Shown one piece after another: positions 38,734-48,002 of a stretch of DNA of 64,000 nucleotides. The stretch spans positions 19,648-83,647 of the forward strand of contig CAZKCA010000002.1 of assembly GCA_964551495.1 (NCBI GenBank), written 5' to 3'. The notes below the pieces were generated by a model that saw only the letters and a list, made by a program, of their open reading frames with translations, ran no database searches and was not told the DNA's origin. How positions within the stretch are numbered: the stretch's first letter is position 1; each line of letters opens with the position of its first letter. Source of the DNA: an uncultured Candidatus Saccharibacteria bacterium. Its GTDB lineage: Bacteria; Patescibacteriota; Minisyncoccia; Phycocordibacterales; DATDWN01. The position numbers were made by a program, and so were the translations under genes.

Positions 38734-39211
38734 ACAAAAACAAAAGAATAGCCAAAGGAACCAAAGTTAACCAGAACATATAATCATTTGAGAAAATGTT
38801 ATCCACACTACTTCCAAAGTTGTAAAAAGAATCTAGTGACACAACAGAATAGCTAAAGACTAATACCAAGACAACTAAAGCAAGTGAGTAAGCTATGATT
38901 TTCAGATATTTTGACCCGCCATATCCAACAGAAGAAACATACCTGCCAATTATTATATCTAGTGGTATTAGGAATATTAGAAATAAGACCACTTTATTTA
39001 TAAGCAAAGCTACACCCCCATCCATAAACAAAAGTTTATCTGTAAAAGGAAAACTACTAAAAAGATAAAGTGCTGGATAGAAAGAAAGAATAAGAGAAAT
39101 CATTCTGTTCTTTCCAAAGTAAAGAGCGTAAGAAAAAAATATAATGAATAAAACTAATAAAGCGATTATATCAGTTGAAACAAAAGAACCATTTAAAAGA
39201 TTTGAGAACAT
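38732..39211 (-). CDS. hypothetical polytopic membrane protein
   Basis: 159 aa with 4-5 predicted TM helices. No recognisable family. Confidence 0.45.
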   Translation of the reverse strand: MFSNLLNGSFVSTDIIALLVLFIIFFSYALYFGKNRMISLILSFYPALYLFSSFPFTDKLLFMDGGVALLINKVVLFLIFLIPLDIIIGRYVSSVGYGGSKYLKIIAYSLALVVLVLVFSYSVVSLDSFYNFGSSVDNIFSNDYMFWLTLVPLAILLFL

Positions 39212-39252
39212 ATAAATATATTATACAGACAAAACAAAAAGAAAAAAGGAGG

Positions 39253-40335
39253 TTATACCCCCTCTTTTCTTAACTCCTCTACTATTTTCTTTGCACTTTT
39301 GGAAAGTTTGTTTGGAAGAACAATCTTTATATTTACCAATATGTCCCCTCGTCTGTTTTTGTCATAAGGTACACCTTTATTTTTTATCTTCAAGATTTCT
39401 CCGTGAGAAATACCCTCTGGAATTTTTAGAGAAATATCACCATCTAGTGTTTTGATACTATACTCTGCACCAAGCAAAGCATCTGAAAGTTTTACACCCA
39501 AATCCATCACAAGATTTTCTCCAACTTTCTTGAAAGTAGAATGTTTTTTGACATAAATCTTTATATACAAGTCCCCTGGTTGTCCATGAGATATTGCCTC
39601 TCCTGCACCAGAAAGACGGATCATCTCTCCATTTTCTATACCAGCTGGAATATGGACTTTAATTTCACTTTCTTTTTTGTTTATACCTGCACCTTTACAT
39701 ACAGAACACTTAGTCTTTGGAACCTTCCCAGATCCTCCACAAGTAGAACAAGTGACAATATTTTCAAAACTACCAAAGAAAGATTGTTTTACTTCACGTA
39801 TGCTTCCATTTCCATTACAAGTAGTACAAGTAACCATCTCAGAACCTTTTTCTGCTCCTGTACCAGAACAATGACCACATTCAGAAGCTTTGTTTAGAAG
39901 AATTTTTCTTTCAACTCCAAAAATAGATTCTTCAAAAGAAACTTCTAGGTCAATAGAAATATCTCTTCCTCTTTTTACTTTCTGTCTTCTTCCGCCACCA
40001 AACACATCTCCGAATATGTCTCCTAGATCAAACTCAAAGCCTCCCGCACTTCCCTGATTGAACCCAGAAAAGTCAAAACCTCCAAATCCACCGAAGCCTT
40101 GGCCAGCCCCTGGACCTCCTCCGCCAGCAAAAGTCCTACCATAAGCATCGTATTCTGCTCTTTTCTTATCATCAGACAGGACAGAATAAGCCTCATTTAC
40201 TTCTTTGAATTTAGCATCATCTCCATCTTTTTTATCCGGATGATACTTATGAGCCAAAGTTCTGAAGGCTTTTTTTATTTCATCTTTGGAAGCCTTTTTT
40301 GGGACTCCCAATACTTCATAGTAATCTTTTGACAT
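39253..40335 (-). CDS. dnaJ: chaperone DnaJ
   Basis: J-domain with HPD (KYHPDKK), a Gly/Phe-rich region, and four CxxCxGxG zinc-finger repeats ([32 protein letters not shown]). Confidence 0.9.
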   Translation of the reverse strand: MSKDYYEVLGVPKKASKDEIKKAFRTLAHKYHPDKKDGDDAKFKEVNEAYSVLSDDKKRAEYDAYGRTFAGGGGPGAGQGFGGFGGFDFSGFNQGSAGGFEFDLGDIFGDVFGGGRRQKVKRGRDISIDLEVSFEESIFGVERKILLNKASECGHCSGTGAEKGSEMVTCTTCNGNGSIREVKQSFFGSFENIVTCSTCGGSGKVPKTKCSVCKGAGINKKESEIKVHIPAGIENGEMIRLSGAGEAISHGQPGDLYIKIYVKKHSTFKKVGENLVMDLGVKLSDALLGAEYSIKTLDGDISLKIPEGISHGEILKIKNKGVPYDKNRRGDILVNIKIVLPNKLSKSAKKIVEELRKEGV

Positions 40336-40414
40336 ATTTTTATTATAGTTTTTTTGGTTGATTAGTATACTTGACTAGAGCCAATTTTCTGGTAATGTTT
40401 GGTCTGGAGGAAAA

Positions 40415-40663
40415 ATGTTCACAATCATTTTGGATAGAAATAGAACCATTGAATTTGGTGAATTTGAATCTATAGAAAAGGCACAGGAACTTTTAAAAGA
40501 TAAGGGGTGGGAACAAATCAATCTTAATAACTTTATTGTAAGAACACGATATCGTTCTTATTCTGCTCAGATCATAAGAGCAAACGAAAGGAAACCTCAC
40601 ACAGACTTGCCAACCAGATCAAACTATAGTTCAAATCCCCACGACAGTGAAATGATAATTTGA
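40415..40663 (+). CDS. hypothetical 82-aa protein encoded divergently between dnaJ and dnaK
   Basis: Own promoter-like TTGACT..17..TAATGT, SD GGAGG, and an imperfect hairpin plus T-run downstream. No family recognised. Confidence 0.4.
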   Translation: MFTIILDRNRTIEFGEFESIEKAQELLKDKGWEQINLNNFIVRTRYRSYSAQIIRANERKPHTDLPTRSNYSSNPHDSEMII

Positions 40664-40768
40664 ATCTAGGATTTCCTACAAAAGCCACGGTAACCACCGC
40701 TGGCTTTTTCTTTTATCCAACTTCCAACTTTAGATCAAAATAATTCTAACAAAAAAATAATTGAGTTT

Positions 40769-40896
40769 AAATGAAATCTCGTTGAGGCACTGTATTTTTG
40801 GAGACTTCGCAAGCGCGACGGCGCGAGACCGAGCAAAATTTCAGCAGAAATTTATGCGTGCTCCAAAAATACAGTGCCGAGAAAGAGATTTCATTT
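40769..40896 (+). repeat. nested-palindromic repeat element, family 1, copy A (3' of dnaK)
   Basis: Outer IR AAATGAAATCTC/GAGATTTCATTT and inner IR TTTTGGAG/CTCCAAAA. Core is ACTTCGCAAGCGCGACGGCGCGAGACCGAGCAAAATTTCAGCAGAAATTTATGCGTG. Near-identical to copy C and to copy B in reverse orientation. Confidence 0.85.
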
Positions 40897-40915
40897 ATCA
40901 AAAATTTAGTAATCC

Positions 40916-42829
40916 TTACTTCTGATCTTCATTCTTTTTTTCTTCAAACTCCGCATCCCTTACATTCCCCTCTTTATTCTCTTCTGCTTTATTCTCAGAA
41001 GAATTCTCTTGAGTTTGCTTGTTTAGGATTTCACCGATTTTTGATATTTCAGATGAAAGTGTTTCTGTGGCTTTCTTTATAGTTTCCAAATCTTCACCTT
41101 CTTTAGCTTTCTTCAAATCCGCTACTTTTGTTTCTATAGAAGTTTTTAGATCTGCTGGTACTTTATCTCCTGCATCTTTCAAAGACTTCTCAGATGTGTA
41201 TATAAGCTGTTCAGCCAAGTTTTTGACCTCTGCCAAGTCTTTCTTCTTTTTATCTTCTGTAGCATGAGCTTCTGCATCTTTTTGCATTTTCTCAATATCT
41301 TCTTTAGACAAACCAGAACGAGCCTCTATCCTGATGGATTGTTCTTTTCCTGTCGCTTTATCTTTTGCTTTAACAGAAAGAATTCCATTTGCATCTACAT
41401 CAAAAGTAACTTCAACTTGTGGCATACCACGAGGAGCTGGCGGAATACCGTCTAGGATAAATCTTCCAAGAGATTTGTTATCACTTGCCATTGCTCTTTC
41501 ACCTTGGACTATATGAATCTCTACAGAAGTTTGATTATCTGCTGCAGTAGAGAACACTTGAGATTTAGAAGCTGGGATTGTTGTATTTCTTTCAATAAGA
41601 TGTGTTGCAACTCCTCCCATTGTTTCTATACCAAGAGAAAGTGGAATAACATCCAAAAGCAAAACATCTTTGACGTCCCCTGACATAATACCCCCTTGAA
41701 TAGCAGCGCCTAGAGCAACAACTTCATCTGGGTTAATAGACTTGTTTGGTTCTTTTCCAAAATATTCTTTAACTCTTTCTACCATTTTTGGCATTCTTGT
41801 TTGTCCTCCAACCAGTATAACTTCATTTATATCACCCACAGAGAAGCCAGAAGCCTCCATAGCTCTCTTTGTGATAGACATAGCCCTATCTATGAATTCT
41901 TCTGTAAGTTCCTCTAATTTAGCCCTTGTAAGCTTTATAAGAAGGTGTTTTGGTCCAGAAGCGTCAGATGTAATGAAAGGAATATTTACCTCTGTCTCAA
42001 CTGCAGAAGAAAGCTCAATCTTTGCCTTCTCAGCTGCTTCATCTAACCTTTGCAAAGCCAAGTTATCAGATCTTAAATCAATTCCATTTTCTTTTTTAAA
42101 TTCATCAGCAAGGTAGTTTATTATTTTCTGATCAATATCTTTTCCTCCCAAGTGACTGTCTCCATCTGTAGATTTTACTTTGATATCTCCACCAACTTCG
42201 TCCACATCAACCTCCAAAACAGAAACATCAAAAGTTCCACCTCCAAAGTCAAAAACGACTATCTTTTCATCTTTTCTGTTTTTATCAAATCCATACGCAA
42301 GAGCCGCTGCAGTAGGTTCGTTTATAATTCTTTTTACATCTAGGCCAGCGATGGCTCCGGCGTCTTTTGTGGCTTGTCTTTGAGAGTCGTTAAAGTATGC
42401 GGGTACTGTAATAATCGCTTCTGTAACTTTTTCACCGATTTTAGCTTCAACATCTGCTTTGATTTTAGAAATAATCATGGCAGAAATTTCTTCCGGAGTA
42501 TATTCCTTATCATTCATTTTTACTTTTACTCCACCATTTGAAGCTTTTATCATTTCGTAAGGCACAATACCTTTATCTTTTTGGACTGGAGCATCTTCAA
42601 ATTGATGTCCGATAAATCTTTTTATTCCAAAAATTGTGTTTTTTGGATTTGTTACTGCTTGCCTTTTAGCCAAAAGGCCTACAAGTCTTTCTCCTGTTTT
42701 TGATACAGCAACAATAGAAGGGGTAGTTCTAGCGCCTTCTGCATTTTCCAATATTTTTGGCTGTCCAACTTCCATAACTGCCACAGCCGAGTTTGTTGTT
42801 CCAAGATCAATTCCAATTATTTTAGACAT
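40916..42829 (-). CDS. dnaK: chaperone DnaK (Hsp70)
   Basis: [22 protein letters not shown] and [11 protein letters not shown] motifs; 637 aa. Confidence 0.95.
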   Translation of the reverse strand: MSKIIGIDLGTTNSAVAVMEVGQPKILENAEGARTTPSIVAVSKTGERLVGLLAKRQAVTNPKNTIFGIKRFIGHQFEDAPVQKDKGIVPYEMIKASNGGVKVKMNDKEYTPEEISAMIISKIKADVEAKIGEKVTEAIITVPAYFNDSQRQATKDAGAIAGLDVKRIINEPTAAALAYGFDKNRKDEKIVVFDFGGGTFDVSVLEVDVDEVGGDIKVKSTDGDSHLGGKDIDQKIINYLADEFKKENGIDLRSDNLALQRLDEAAEKAKIELSSAVETEVNIPFITSDASGPKHLLIKLTRAKLEELTEEFIDRAMSITKRAMEASGFSVGDINEVILVGGQTRMPKMVERVKEYFGKEPNKSINPDEVVALGAAIQGGIMSGDVKDVLLLDVIPLSLGIETMGGVATHLIERNTTIPASKSQVFSTAADNQTSVEIHIVQGERAMASDNKSLGRFILDGIPPAPRGMPQVEVTFDVDANGILSVKAKDKATGKEQSIRIEARSGLSKEDIEKMQKDAEAHATEDKKKKDLAEVKNLAEQLIYTSEKSLKDAGDKVPADLKTSIETKVADLKKAKEGEDLETIKKATETLSSEISKIGEILNKQTQENSSENKAEENKEGNVRDAEFEEKKNEDQK

Positions 42830-42852
42830 AGTTTTTAGATTAAGTTAGGAAT

Positions 42853-42979
42853 CAATAAATCCTTGCCTTGCCATACCTTTTGTGGAGCACGCATAAATTT
42901 CTGCTGAAATTTTGCTCGGTCTCGTGCCGTCGCACTTGCGAAGTCTCCACAAAAGGTACGACTTCGACGTGATTTATTG
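42853..42979 (-). repeat. nested-palindromic repeat element, family 1, copy B (inverted, 24 bp upstream of the dnaK start codon)
   Basis: Its reverse complement matches copy A's core with 2 substitutions. Own outer IR CAATAAATC/GATTTATTG. Confidence 0.85.
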
Positions 42980-43005
42980 ATAACAAATTTTTAAGATCGA
43001 ATAAT

Positions 43006-43142
43006 TTAAGTAGATAAATTAAATAATTCAAAACATTCGCAGGTTTTTGGCTGAAATAAAAGCGAGAAGCGCCAGCCGGAGACACTGTCTGAGCGTAGCG
43101 AGTTTGGCGAGAGGCCAGCTTTGAGTGCTTTATTTCACAAAA
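43006..43142. repeat. nested-palindromic element, family 2, copy a
   Basis: Terminal IR AATTCAAAACATTCGCAGGTTTTTG / CAAAAACCGAGGACGTTTTGAATT. Inner IR TGAAATAAAAGC/GCTTTATTTCA. GC-rich core. Confidence 0.7.
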
Positions 43143-43169
43143 ACCGAGGACGTTTTGAATTGTTTACAT

Positions 43170-43490
43170 TTAGCTGATCTTATAGGATGGAGCGCGAGGT
43201 TTTGAACCTAAGAAAGATAGAATATTAAAATCAAAATATGGAGAAAGTATTTTATGATCTTTTTCTTTTTCTACCTCAAACTCAAAATTATCTTTAAGTG
43301 TCTCAAGACACAAAACTTCTTTATTTTCCAAACTTTCATCTAAGTAAACCACATTTAAAAGTCTAGCTTTTACTCTCCCGGATTCTTGGTACACACAAAA
43401 AGAGGCCCTGACAAGTCTTCCATCCTTGTCCCTCAAAACTTTTTCTATTAGATTGCCTCTAGGAGTTGTTATTTTCATAATAGTTAACAA
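43170..43490 (-). CDS. hypothetical protein
   Basis: 106-aa ORF with native codon usage. No family recognised. Confidence 0.4.
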   Translation of the reverse strand: MLTIMKITTPRGNLIEKVLRDKDGRLVRASFCVYQESGRVKARLLNVVYLDESLENKEVLCLETLKDNFEFEVEKEKDHKILSPYFDFNILSFLGSKPRAPSYKIS

Positions 43491-43570
43491 GTAAATTATA
43501 CCAAAGACTTCCCTATTGTGTAGTTGATTATAATATCAAAATGTGATATAATTAATAATGGAGGTCCGAA

Positions 43571-43876
43571 ATGGCTCTGAAAAAGAGATTGAAAGATATT
43601 GAGGCTTTACTTGCAATTTTAACACAAGGTTGGAGTGATCAAAAAATATTCCAAGAATCTATACCTCAATATTCAGCTCTTGATGATACTCACGAGTACA
43701 CATTAAACTACGGGTGGGCAGGTATTATTAACAACTTAGCAAAGTTACTAGGTTTTGAACCTTATATCAAAAAAGCTCATGAACCAACCATCACTTCAAG
43801 CAAATTAGATTCTCTAATAAGTGAAGCAGAATGTTTTATTGATTTTTTTGAGGAGAATACCAAAAGCGGCCAATAG
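43571..43876 (+). CDS. hypothetical protein
   Basis: 101-aa ORF with SD GGAGG 7 nt upstream and a hairpin downstream. Confidence 0.45.
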   Translation: MALKKRLKDIEALLAILTQGWSDQKIFQESIPQYSALDDTHEYTLNYGWAGIINNLAKLLGFEPYIKKAHEPTITSSKLDSLISEAECFIDFFEENTKSGQ

Positions 43877-43885
43877 GTCGCTTTT

Positions 43886-44527
43886 CTATTTCTTAAACTC
43901 CCCTACTTTTACCTTTGGAGGACGAATTATTTTATCATTTAGTTTGTAACCAAGACTTAAGACTTCCACTACCTTATGGTCGTCTTCTTTTTTATCTACT
44001 TCTACATTTTCTATGGCTTCGTCTCTATTTGGATCAAAAATCTCTCCTATTGGATTTATTTGAGATACTCCATGATTTACTAAAACATTTAAAAGTTGTG
44101 AGTGAATATACTCTACTCCCACACGCCAGTTTTTATCTACTTTTTCCCAAGCTTCTTTATTTTTAAAGGCAGACTCAAAAGAGTCTAATACTGGAATAAG
44201 TTCATTTACAATATCTTCTTTAGCAAATTTTATAAAATTATCTCGTTCTGAAGCGTCTTGTTTTCTAGCATTTATAAAGTCAGCTTTGTCTCTTTGCCAA
44301 TTGTTCAAAAGGTCAGCTTTTTCTTTTTCAAGCTCTTTTATGCGCTTTTTAAGCTTTGCCAGTTTTGCATTTGCATCAACAGAAGTAACTTCTGTGTTTT
44401 CTTCAAACACAACATCATCAGAGTCAATTTCTGTTTCTTCTATCTCATCTTGAGATATCTCTTCTTCTTTTTTTAGATCGTCGTTCATAGAAAGAATACT
44501 ACCAAAAGTTACTAAATTTTCAAACAA
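43886..44527 (-). CDS. grpE: nucleotide exchange factor GrpE
   Basis: Coiled-coil KLKKRIKELEKEKADLLNNWQRDKADFINARKQ followed by the GrpE beta-domain GEIFDPNRDEAI. Start codon uncertain: TTG at 44525-27 or ATG at about 44486-88. Confidence 0.85.
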   Translation of the reverse strand: MFENLVTFGSILSMNDDLKKEEEISQDEIEETEIDSDDVVFEENTEVTSVDANAKLAKLKKRIKELEKEKADLLNNWQRDKADFINARKQDASERDNFIKFAKEDIVNELIPVLDSFESAFKNKEAWEKVDKNWRVGVEYIHSQLLNVLVNHGVSQINPIGEIFDPNRDEAIENVEVDKKEDDHKVVEVLSLGYKLNDKIIRPPKVKVGEFKK

Positions 44528-44650
44528 TTAAATCTTATTGAGGTATGGTATTTTTGGAGACTTCGCAAGCGCGACGGCGCGAGACCGAGCAAAATTTCAG
44601 CAGAAATTTATGCGTGCTCCAAAAATACTATACTGAAAAAGAGATTTAAT
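44528..44650 (+). repeat. nested-palindromic repeat element, family 1, copy C (abuts the grpE 5' end)
   Basis: Core identical to copy A. Outer IR TTAAATCT/AGATTTAA. Confidence 0.85.
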
Positions 44651-44667
44651 GATAAATATAAACCAAA

Positions 44668-44692
44668 AATCTCCCGAAGGAGATTTTTTAAT
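44668..44692. terminator. bidirectional hairpin terminator
   Basis: AAAAATCTCC-CGAA-GGAGATTTTTT. Confidence 0.6.
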
Positions 44693-44728
44693 TAACGTTT
44701 TGACCACTGTGGAGCCTTATTGCCGAAG
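44693..44728 (-). pseudogene. duplicated, recoded 3'-terminal fragment of rpsI (encodes FGNKAPQWSKR-stop)
   Basis: Reverse-strand reading TTC GGC AAT AAG GCT CCA CAG TGG TCA AAA CGT TAA reproduces the last residues of S9 (KAPQWSKR) with different codons for SKR and the stop. It lies 81 bp downstream of the real rpsI stop and shares the 14-nt string CCACTGTGGAGCCT with the gene end. Confidence 0.5.
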
Positions 44729-44809
44729 CACTGAAGCAAAGCTTAGTACTCGACTGCGGAAGACTAACGTAATTTGAAATAATTACAGACTACCGAATAG
44801 ACAGTAAAA

Positions 44810-45208
44810 CTATCTCTTACTCCACTGTGGAGCCTTTCTTGCCTTCTTTAGACCGAATTTTCTTCTCTCTTTCATTCTTCCATCTCTCTTTAGAAAACCT
44901 TCTCCTTTTAGAGTTTTTCTAAAATCTGCATTAAATTTAACGATGGCTCTTGCTATACCGTGTCTTAGTGCCTCTGATTGTGAGTGAATACCCCCACCTA
45001 CTATTTTGGCTGTTATTTTAAATCTTTCATCTACTTTTGTAAGAGGCATTTTAGAGATAAGTTCCATCTCACTTGTAGGAAAATAGTCTTTTATATCTTT
45101 ATCATTTACTGAAATGGTTGTTTTTGAAGAAGGAGAAATTCTAACTCTGGCAACAGATGTCTTTCTTCTTCCAACGGCTCCTGTATATTTTGTATTTTTA
45201 TCTTCCAT
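44810..45208 (-). CDS. rpsI: ribosomal protein S9
   Basis: GGGIHSQSEALRHGIARAI...KAPQWSKR C-terminus. Confidence 0.9.
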   Translation of the reverse strand: MEDKNTKYTGAVGRRKTSVARVRISPSSKTTISVNDKDIKDYFPTSEMELISKMPLTKVDERFKITAKIVGGGIHSQSEALRHGIARAIVKFNADFRKTLKGEGFLKRDGRMKERRKFGLKKARKAPQWSKR

Positions 45209-45213
45209 AATAT

Positions 45214-45558
45214 TTATTCTGAAATCTTAAGGTTAAGGATCATTTTTGATCTTAGTTTGTTTTTAGGAAGCATCCCCCAAACAGCATTTTTAAAAATTTC
45301 ACTATATCCTTTCTTTTCTACAACCTGCTTCATTGTTGGTTGTTTCAACCCTCCTGGATATCCTGAGTATCTACTATATTTTTTTTGATCCATTTTCTTT
45401 TCGTCTATCAAAGCTTTTGAAGTGTTTTTTATTTCAACTGTGACATTAGGAATAGCATTCCTTTTAAAATCAGGATTATTTTTACCCATTAGATAAACCG
45501 CTGCTTGTGTAGCGATTCTTCCAACTCTTTTGTTTTCTGCATCTAATACGTATTTCAT
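45214..45558 (-). CDS. rplM: ribosomal protein L13
   Basis: RIATQAAVYLMGKNNPDF...GMLPKNKL are L13 signatures. Confidence 0.9.
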   Translation of the reverse strand: MKYVLDAENKRVGRIATQAAVYLMGKNNPDFKRNAIPNVTVEIKNTSKALIDEKKMDQKKYSRYSGYPGGLKQPTMKQVVEKKGYSEIFKNAVWGMLPKNKLRSKMILNLKISE

Positions 45559-45563
45559 ATCTT

Positions 45564-45911
45564 TTATACAAATTCTATTACTGCCATTTTACTTCCATCT
45601 GAAAGTCTCTGAGGAAGTTTAGTGATTCTAGTATAACCACCAACCCTTTCTGCATATTTAGGAGATATTTCTTTTATTATCTTTTTTGCACCTGCAGGAC
45701 CAATTTTGGCTGCCAAAAGTCTCATTGAAGTTAGATTATTTTTTCTTCCTTGAGTAACCATTTTTTCTACATAAGGTCTTAGTTCACGAGCCTTTGCATC
45801 TGTTGTCTTTATTTTGTTGTTTGTAACCAACGCCAAAGCTAAAGACTTTAGAAGTGCATTTCTAACTTTTCTTACTCTACCAAATTTTCTGTTTGCATTG
45901 TGGTGCCTCAT
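45564..45911 (-). CDS. rplQ: ribosomal protein L17
   Basis: MRHHNANRKFGRVRKVRNALLKSLALALV is the L17 N-terminus. Confidence 0.9.
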   Translation of the reverse strand: MRHHNANRKFGRVRKVRNALLKSLALALVTNNKIKTTDAKARELRPYVEKMVTQGRKNNLTSMRLLAAKIGPAGAKKIIKEISPKYAERVGGYTRITKLPQRLSDGSKMAVIEFV

Positions 45912-45920
45912 CTCTCTTTT

Positions 45921-46880
45921 TTATTTCAGTGTTATATTGAAAGCTTCTAGAACTGACTTGATTTCTGTAAGTCCTTTTGCTCCAAGACCTTCTATTTCTA
46001 GAATGTCTTTTTCTCTTTTTCTAGCCAATCCTCCTATTGTTCTTATATTGGCGTTAGAAAGAGCATTCAATGTTCTTGAAGAAAGATCTAGACTCTCAAT
46101 TCTTGTCTTCAAAACATCGTCGTCTACACTATCATTTTTTTCAGAAAAGTCCAAATCTTTTGATTCACTTGATGAAAGAATAACATCCTCCTCCTTAAAA
46201 CCTACAATCGCTTTAAGTTGATTTATCATTATTTCTATAGATCTTTCCAAAGCCTCTCTAGGAGTGATTGTTCCATCAGTTTCTATGAAAATTTTCAACC
46301 TATTGAAATCTGTTCTATCACCAACACGCATATTTTCAACTTCATAACTAACTCTTCTAACAGGAGTAAATATAGCATCCAAAGCTATACTTCCTATATC
46401 AACTCTGTTTTTTTGCAAAACATCCTTTGGAACAAAACCAAGTCCTGTTTCAGCTGTAATTTCCATATCTAATTCAGCATTTTTATCTGTAAGATTTGCG
46501 ATAACCAATTCAGGATTAAGTATTTCAACCCCTCCAGGTACTTTTATGTCTCCAGCTGTTACCTCTTTTACTCCTTTAACTTTTAGAGTTAATTTTTGAG
46601 ACTCATCTCCAACAAGTCTTATTCTTACTTTCTTCAAATTTAGAAGAATAGTTATGGCGTCTTCTTTAACACCAGATATTGTAGAAAACTCATGCTCTAC
46701 TCCTGAAATTTTAACAGAAGTTATAGCAGAACCCGGCAACGAAGAAAGAATTATTCTTCTAAGAGAATTACCTAAAGTGTTTCCGTAGCCAGGATAAAGA
46801 CCATCTATTTCATAGTGGCCACTGAAATTATCTTCTGATATTATTTGTGGTTTTGATGGTAATACTATTGAGTCAGACAT
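45921..46880 (-). CDS. rpoA: DNA-directed RNA polymerase alpha subunit
   Basis: GYGNTLGNSLRRIILSSLPGSAIT (alpha NTD) and the C-terminal domain LDLSSRTLNALSNANIRTIGGL. Confidence 0.9.
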   Translation of the reverse strand: MSDSIVLPSKPQIISEDNFSGHYEIDGLYPGYGNTLGNSLRRIILSSLPGSAITSVKISGVEHEFSTISGVKEDAITILLNLKKVRIRLVGDESQKLTLKVKGVKEVTAGDIKVPGGVEILNPELVIANLTDKNAELDMEITAETGLGFVPKDVLQKNRVDIGSIALDAIFTPVRRVSYEVENMRVGDRTDFNRLKIFIETDGTITPREALERSIEIMINQLKAIVGFKEEDVILSSSESKDLDFSEKNDSVDDDVLKTRIESLDLSSRTLNALSNANIRTIGGLARKREKDILEIEGLGAKGLTEIKSVLEAFNITLK

Positions 46881-46945
46881 AAATTTATTATTTTATTTAA
46901 ATTTAACTTGTAAATTATACACTATTTATCCAATAAAATCAATGA

Positions 46946-47548
46946 TTATCTACTATAAAACTCAATAACAGCATTTAAATCAAACATTACATCAGAACCA
47001 GCGAGCTGTGGACTACCTACTATCTCAGCAGTTTTCTTGTTTATATCAAATTTTATCCAAGAAGGAGTAGATACATTTTTTATAGTTTCATCTACTTTAG
47101 CAAAAAGAGGTTTGTTTATAGAAGCAGGTCTTATAGATATAACGTCTCCTGTTTTTATTTTTCTTGAAGGAATAGTTGTTCTTTTGTTGTTAACCATAAT
47201 ATGACCATGAGAAACCATTTGTCTAGCCCCTAGTCTTGTAGAAGAAAGACCTATCCTAGCAATAACATTATCTAATCTAGATTCAAGTATCCCAAAAAGA
47301 ATTTGTGCTGGATGATTACTTTTTTTAGACAAAGCCTCTTTAACATAGTTACGGAACTGTTTTTCTGAAACTGCATATGTAAATCTAGCTTTTTGTTTTT
47401 CATTAAGCTGAAGACCAAACTCAGATTTTGGCTTAGTCATTCTAACTTTTTTTCTTTCGCTTCTAAGCACGTACTTTTGTGTTTGAGTTTTCTCAAATAC
47501 AGGTGCTCCTAATCTTCTTGCTATTTTATATTTTGGACCTATTTTCAT
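46946..47548 (-). CDS. rpsD: ribosomal protein S4
   Basis: S4 domain RLDNVIARIGLSSTRLGARQMVSHGHIMVNNKRTTIPS. Confidence 0.9.
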   Translation of the reverse strand: MKIGPKYKIARRLGAPVFEKTQTQKYVLRSERKKVRMTKPKSEFGLQLNEKQKARFTYAVSEKQFRNYVKEALSKKSNHPAQILFGILESRLDNVIARIGLSSTRLGARQMVSHGHIMVNNKRTTIPSRKIKTGDVISIRPASINKPLFAKVDETIKNVSTPSWIKFDINKKTAEIVGSPQLAGSDVMFDLNAVIEFYSR

Positions 47549-47559
47549 AAATTATAAAA

Positions 47560-47994
47560 TTATACTCTTCTTGGTTTTTTAGGTTTTGGACCGTTATGAG
47601 GAACCGCTGTCATATCTTTTATAGAAGTTAGATTAACTCCTTTAGATATAAAACCTCTAATTCCTGATTCTCTCCCAGATCCTACTCCTTTTACAAAGAC
47701 AGCTACTTCCTTCATACCCATAGCAGAAGCCTTTGTTCCGATAATTTCCCCAACTTTGGCTGCAGCAAAAGGAGTTCCTTTTTTAGCACCTTTAAATCCT
47801 ATTGAACCAGATGAAGAAGTAGCTAAAACATTACCTTTATTGTCAGTTAAAACAATCTTAGTATTGTTATAAGTAGACTGAACAAAAAGAAGACCAGTAT
47901 CCGCCTTTCTTTTAGACACAGCAACAACTGAAGAAGGTTTTAATACCTCTCCTTCGCTTGTTCCTCCTGTAGTTACGATTCTTTTCTTTCCCAT
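47560..47994 (-). CDS. rpsK: ribosomal protein S11
   Basis: TTGGTSEGEVLKPSSVVAV... and the C-terminal PHNGPKPKKPRRV. Confidence 0.9.
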   Translation of the reverse strand: MGKKRIVTTGGTSEGEVLKPSSVVAVSKRKADTGLLFVQSTYNNTKIVLTDNKGNVLATSSSGSIGFKGAKKGTPFAAAKVGEIIGTKASAMGMKEVAVFVKGVGSGRESGIRGFISKGVNLTSIKDMTAVPHNGPKPKKPRRV

Positions 47995-48002
47995 ATTATT
48001 TA

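Noticed and set aside
40798-41082. ORF-track entries 40798-41082 (+) and 42852-43085 (-), both translating to ETSQ(A/V)RRRETEQNFSRNLCVL...
   Set aside because: They are read-through translations of the family-1 palindromic repeat in two locations and run antisense into dnaK or into intergenic DNA. They are repeat artefacts, not genes.
43886-44527. Possibility that the family-1 copy C disrupts the grpE N-terminus
   Set aside because: The GrpE coiled-coil and beta-domain are intact. The element abuts the annotated TTG start, and an in-frame ATG 13 codons downstream could equally be the true start. There is no evidence of disruption.
39253-44650. Search for a CIRCE/HrcA operator (TTAGCACTC-N9-GAGTGCTAA) near dnaJ, dnaK and grpE
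   Set aside because: No match. The only partial resemblance (GAGTGCTTTA inside the family-2 element at about 43099) lacks the partner half-site. No hrcA gene is in the window.
44729-44809. 81-bp GC-moderate spacer between rpsI and its duplicated 3' fragment, considered as a tRNA or small RNA
   Set aside because: No cloverleaf-compatible stems, no T-loop GTTCRA motif, and no acceptor stem with CCA context.
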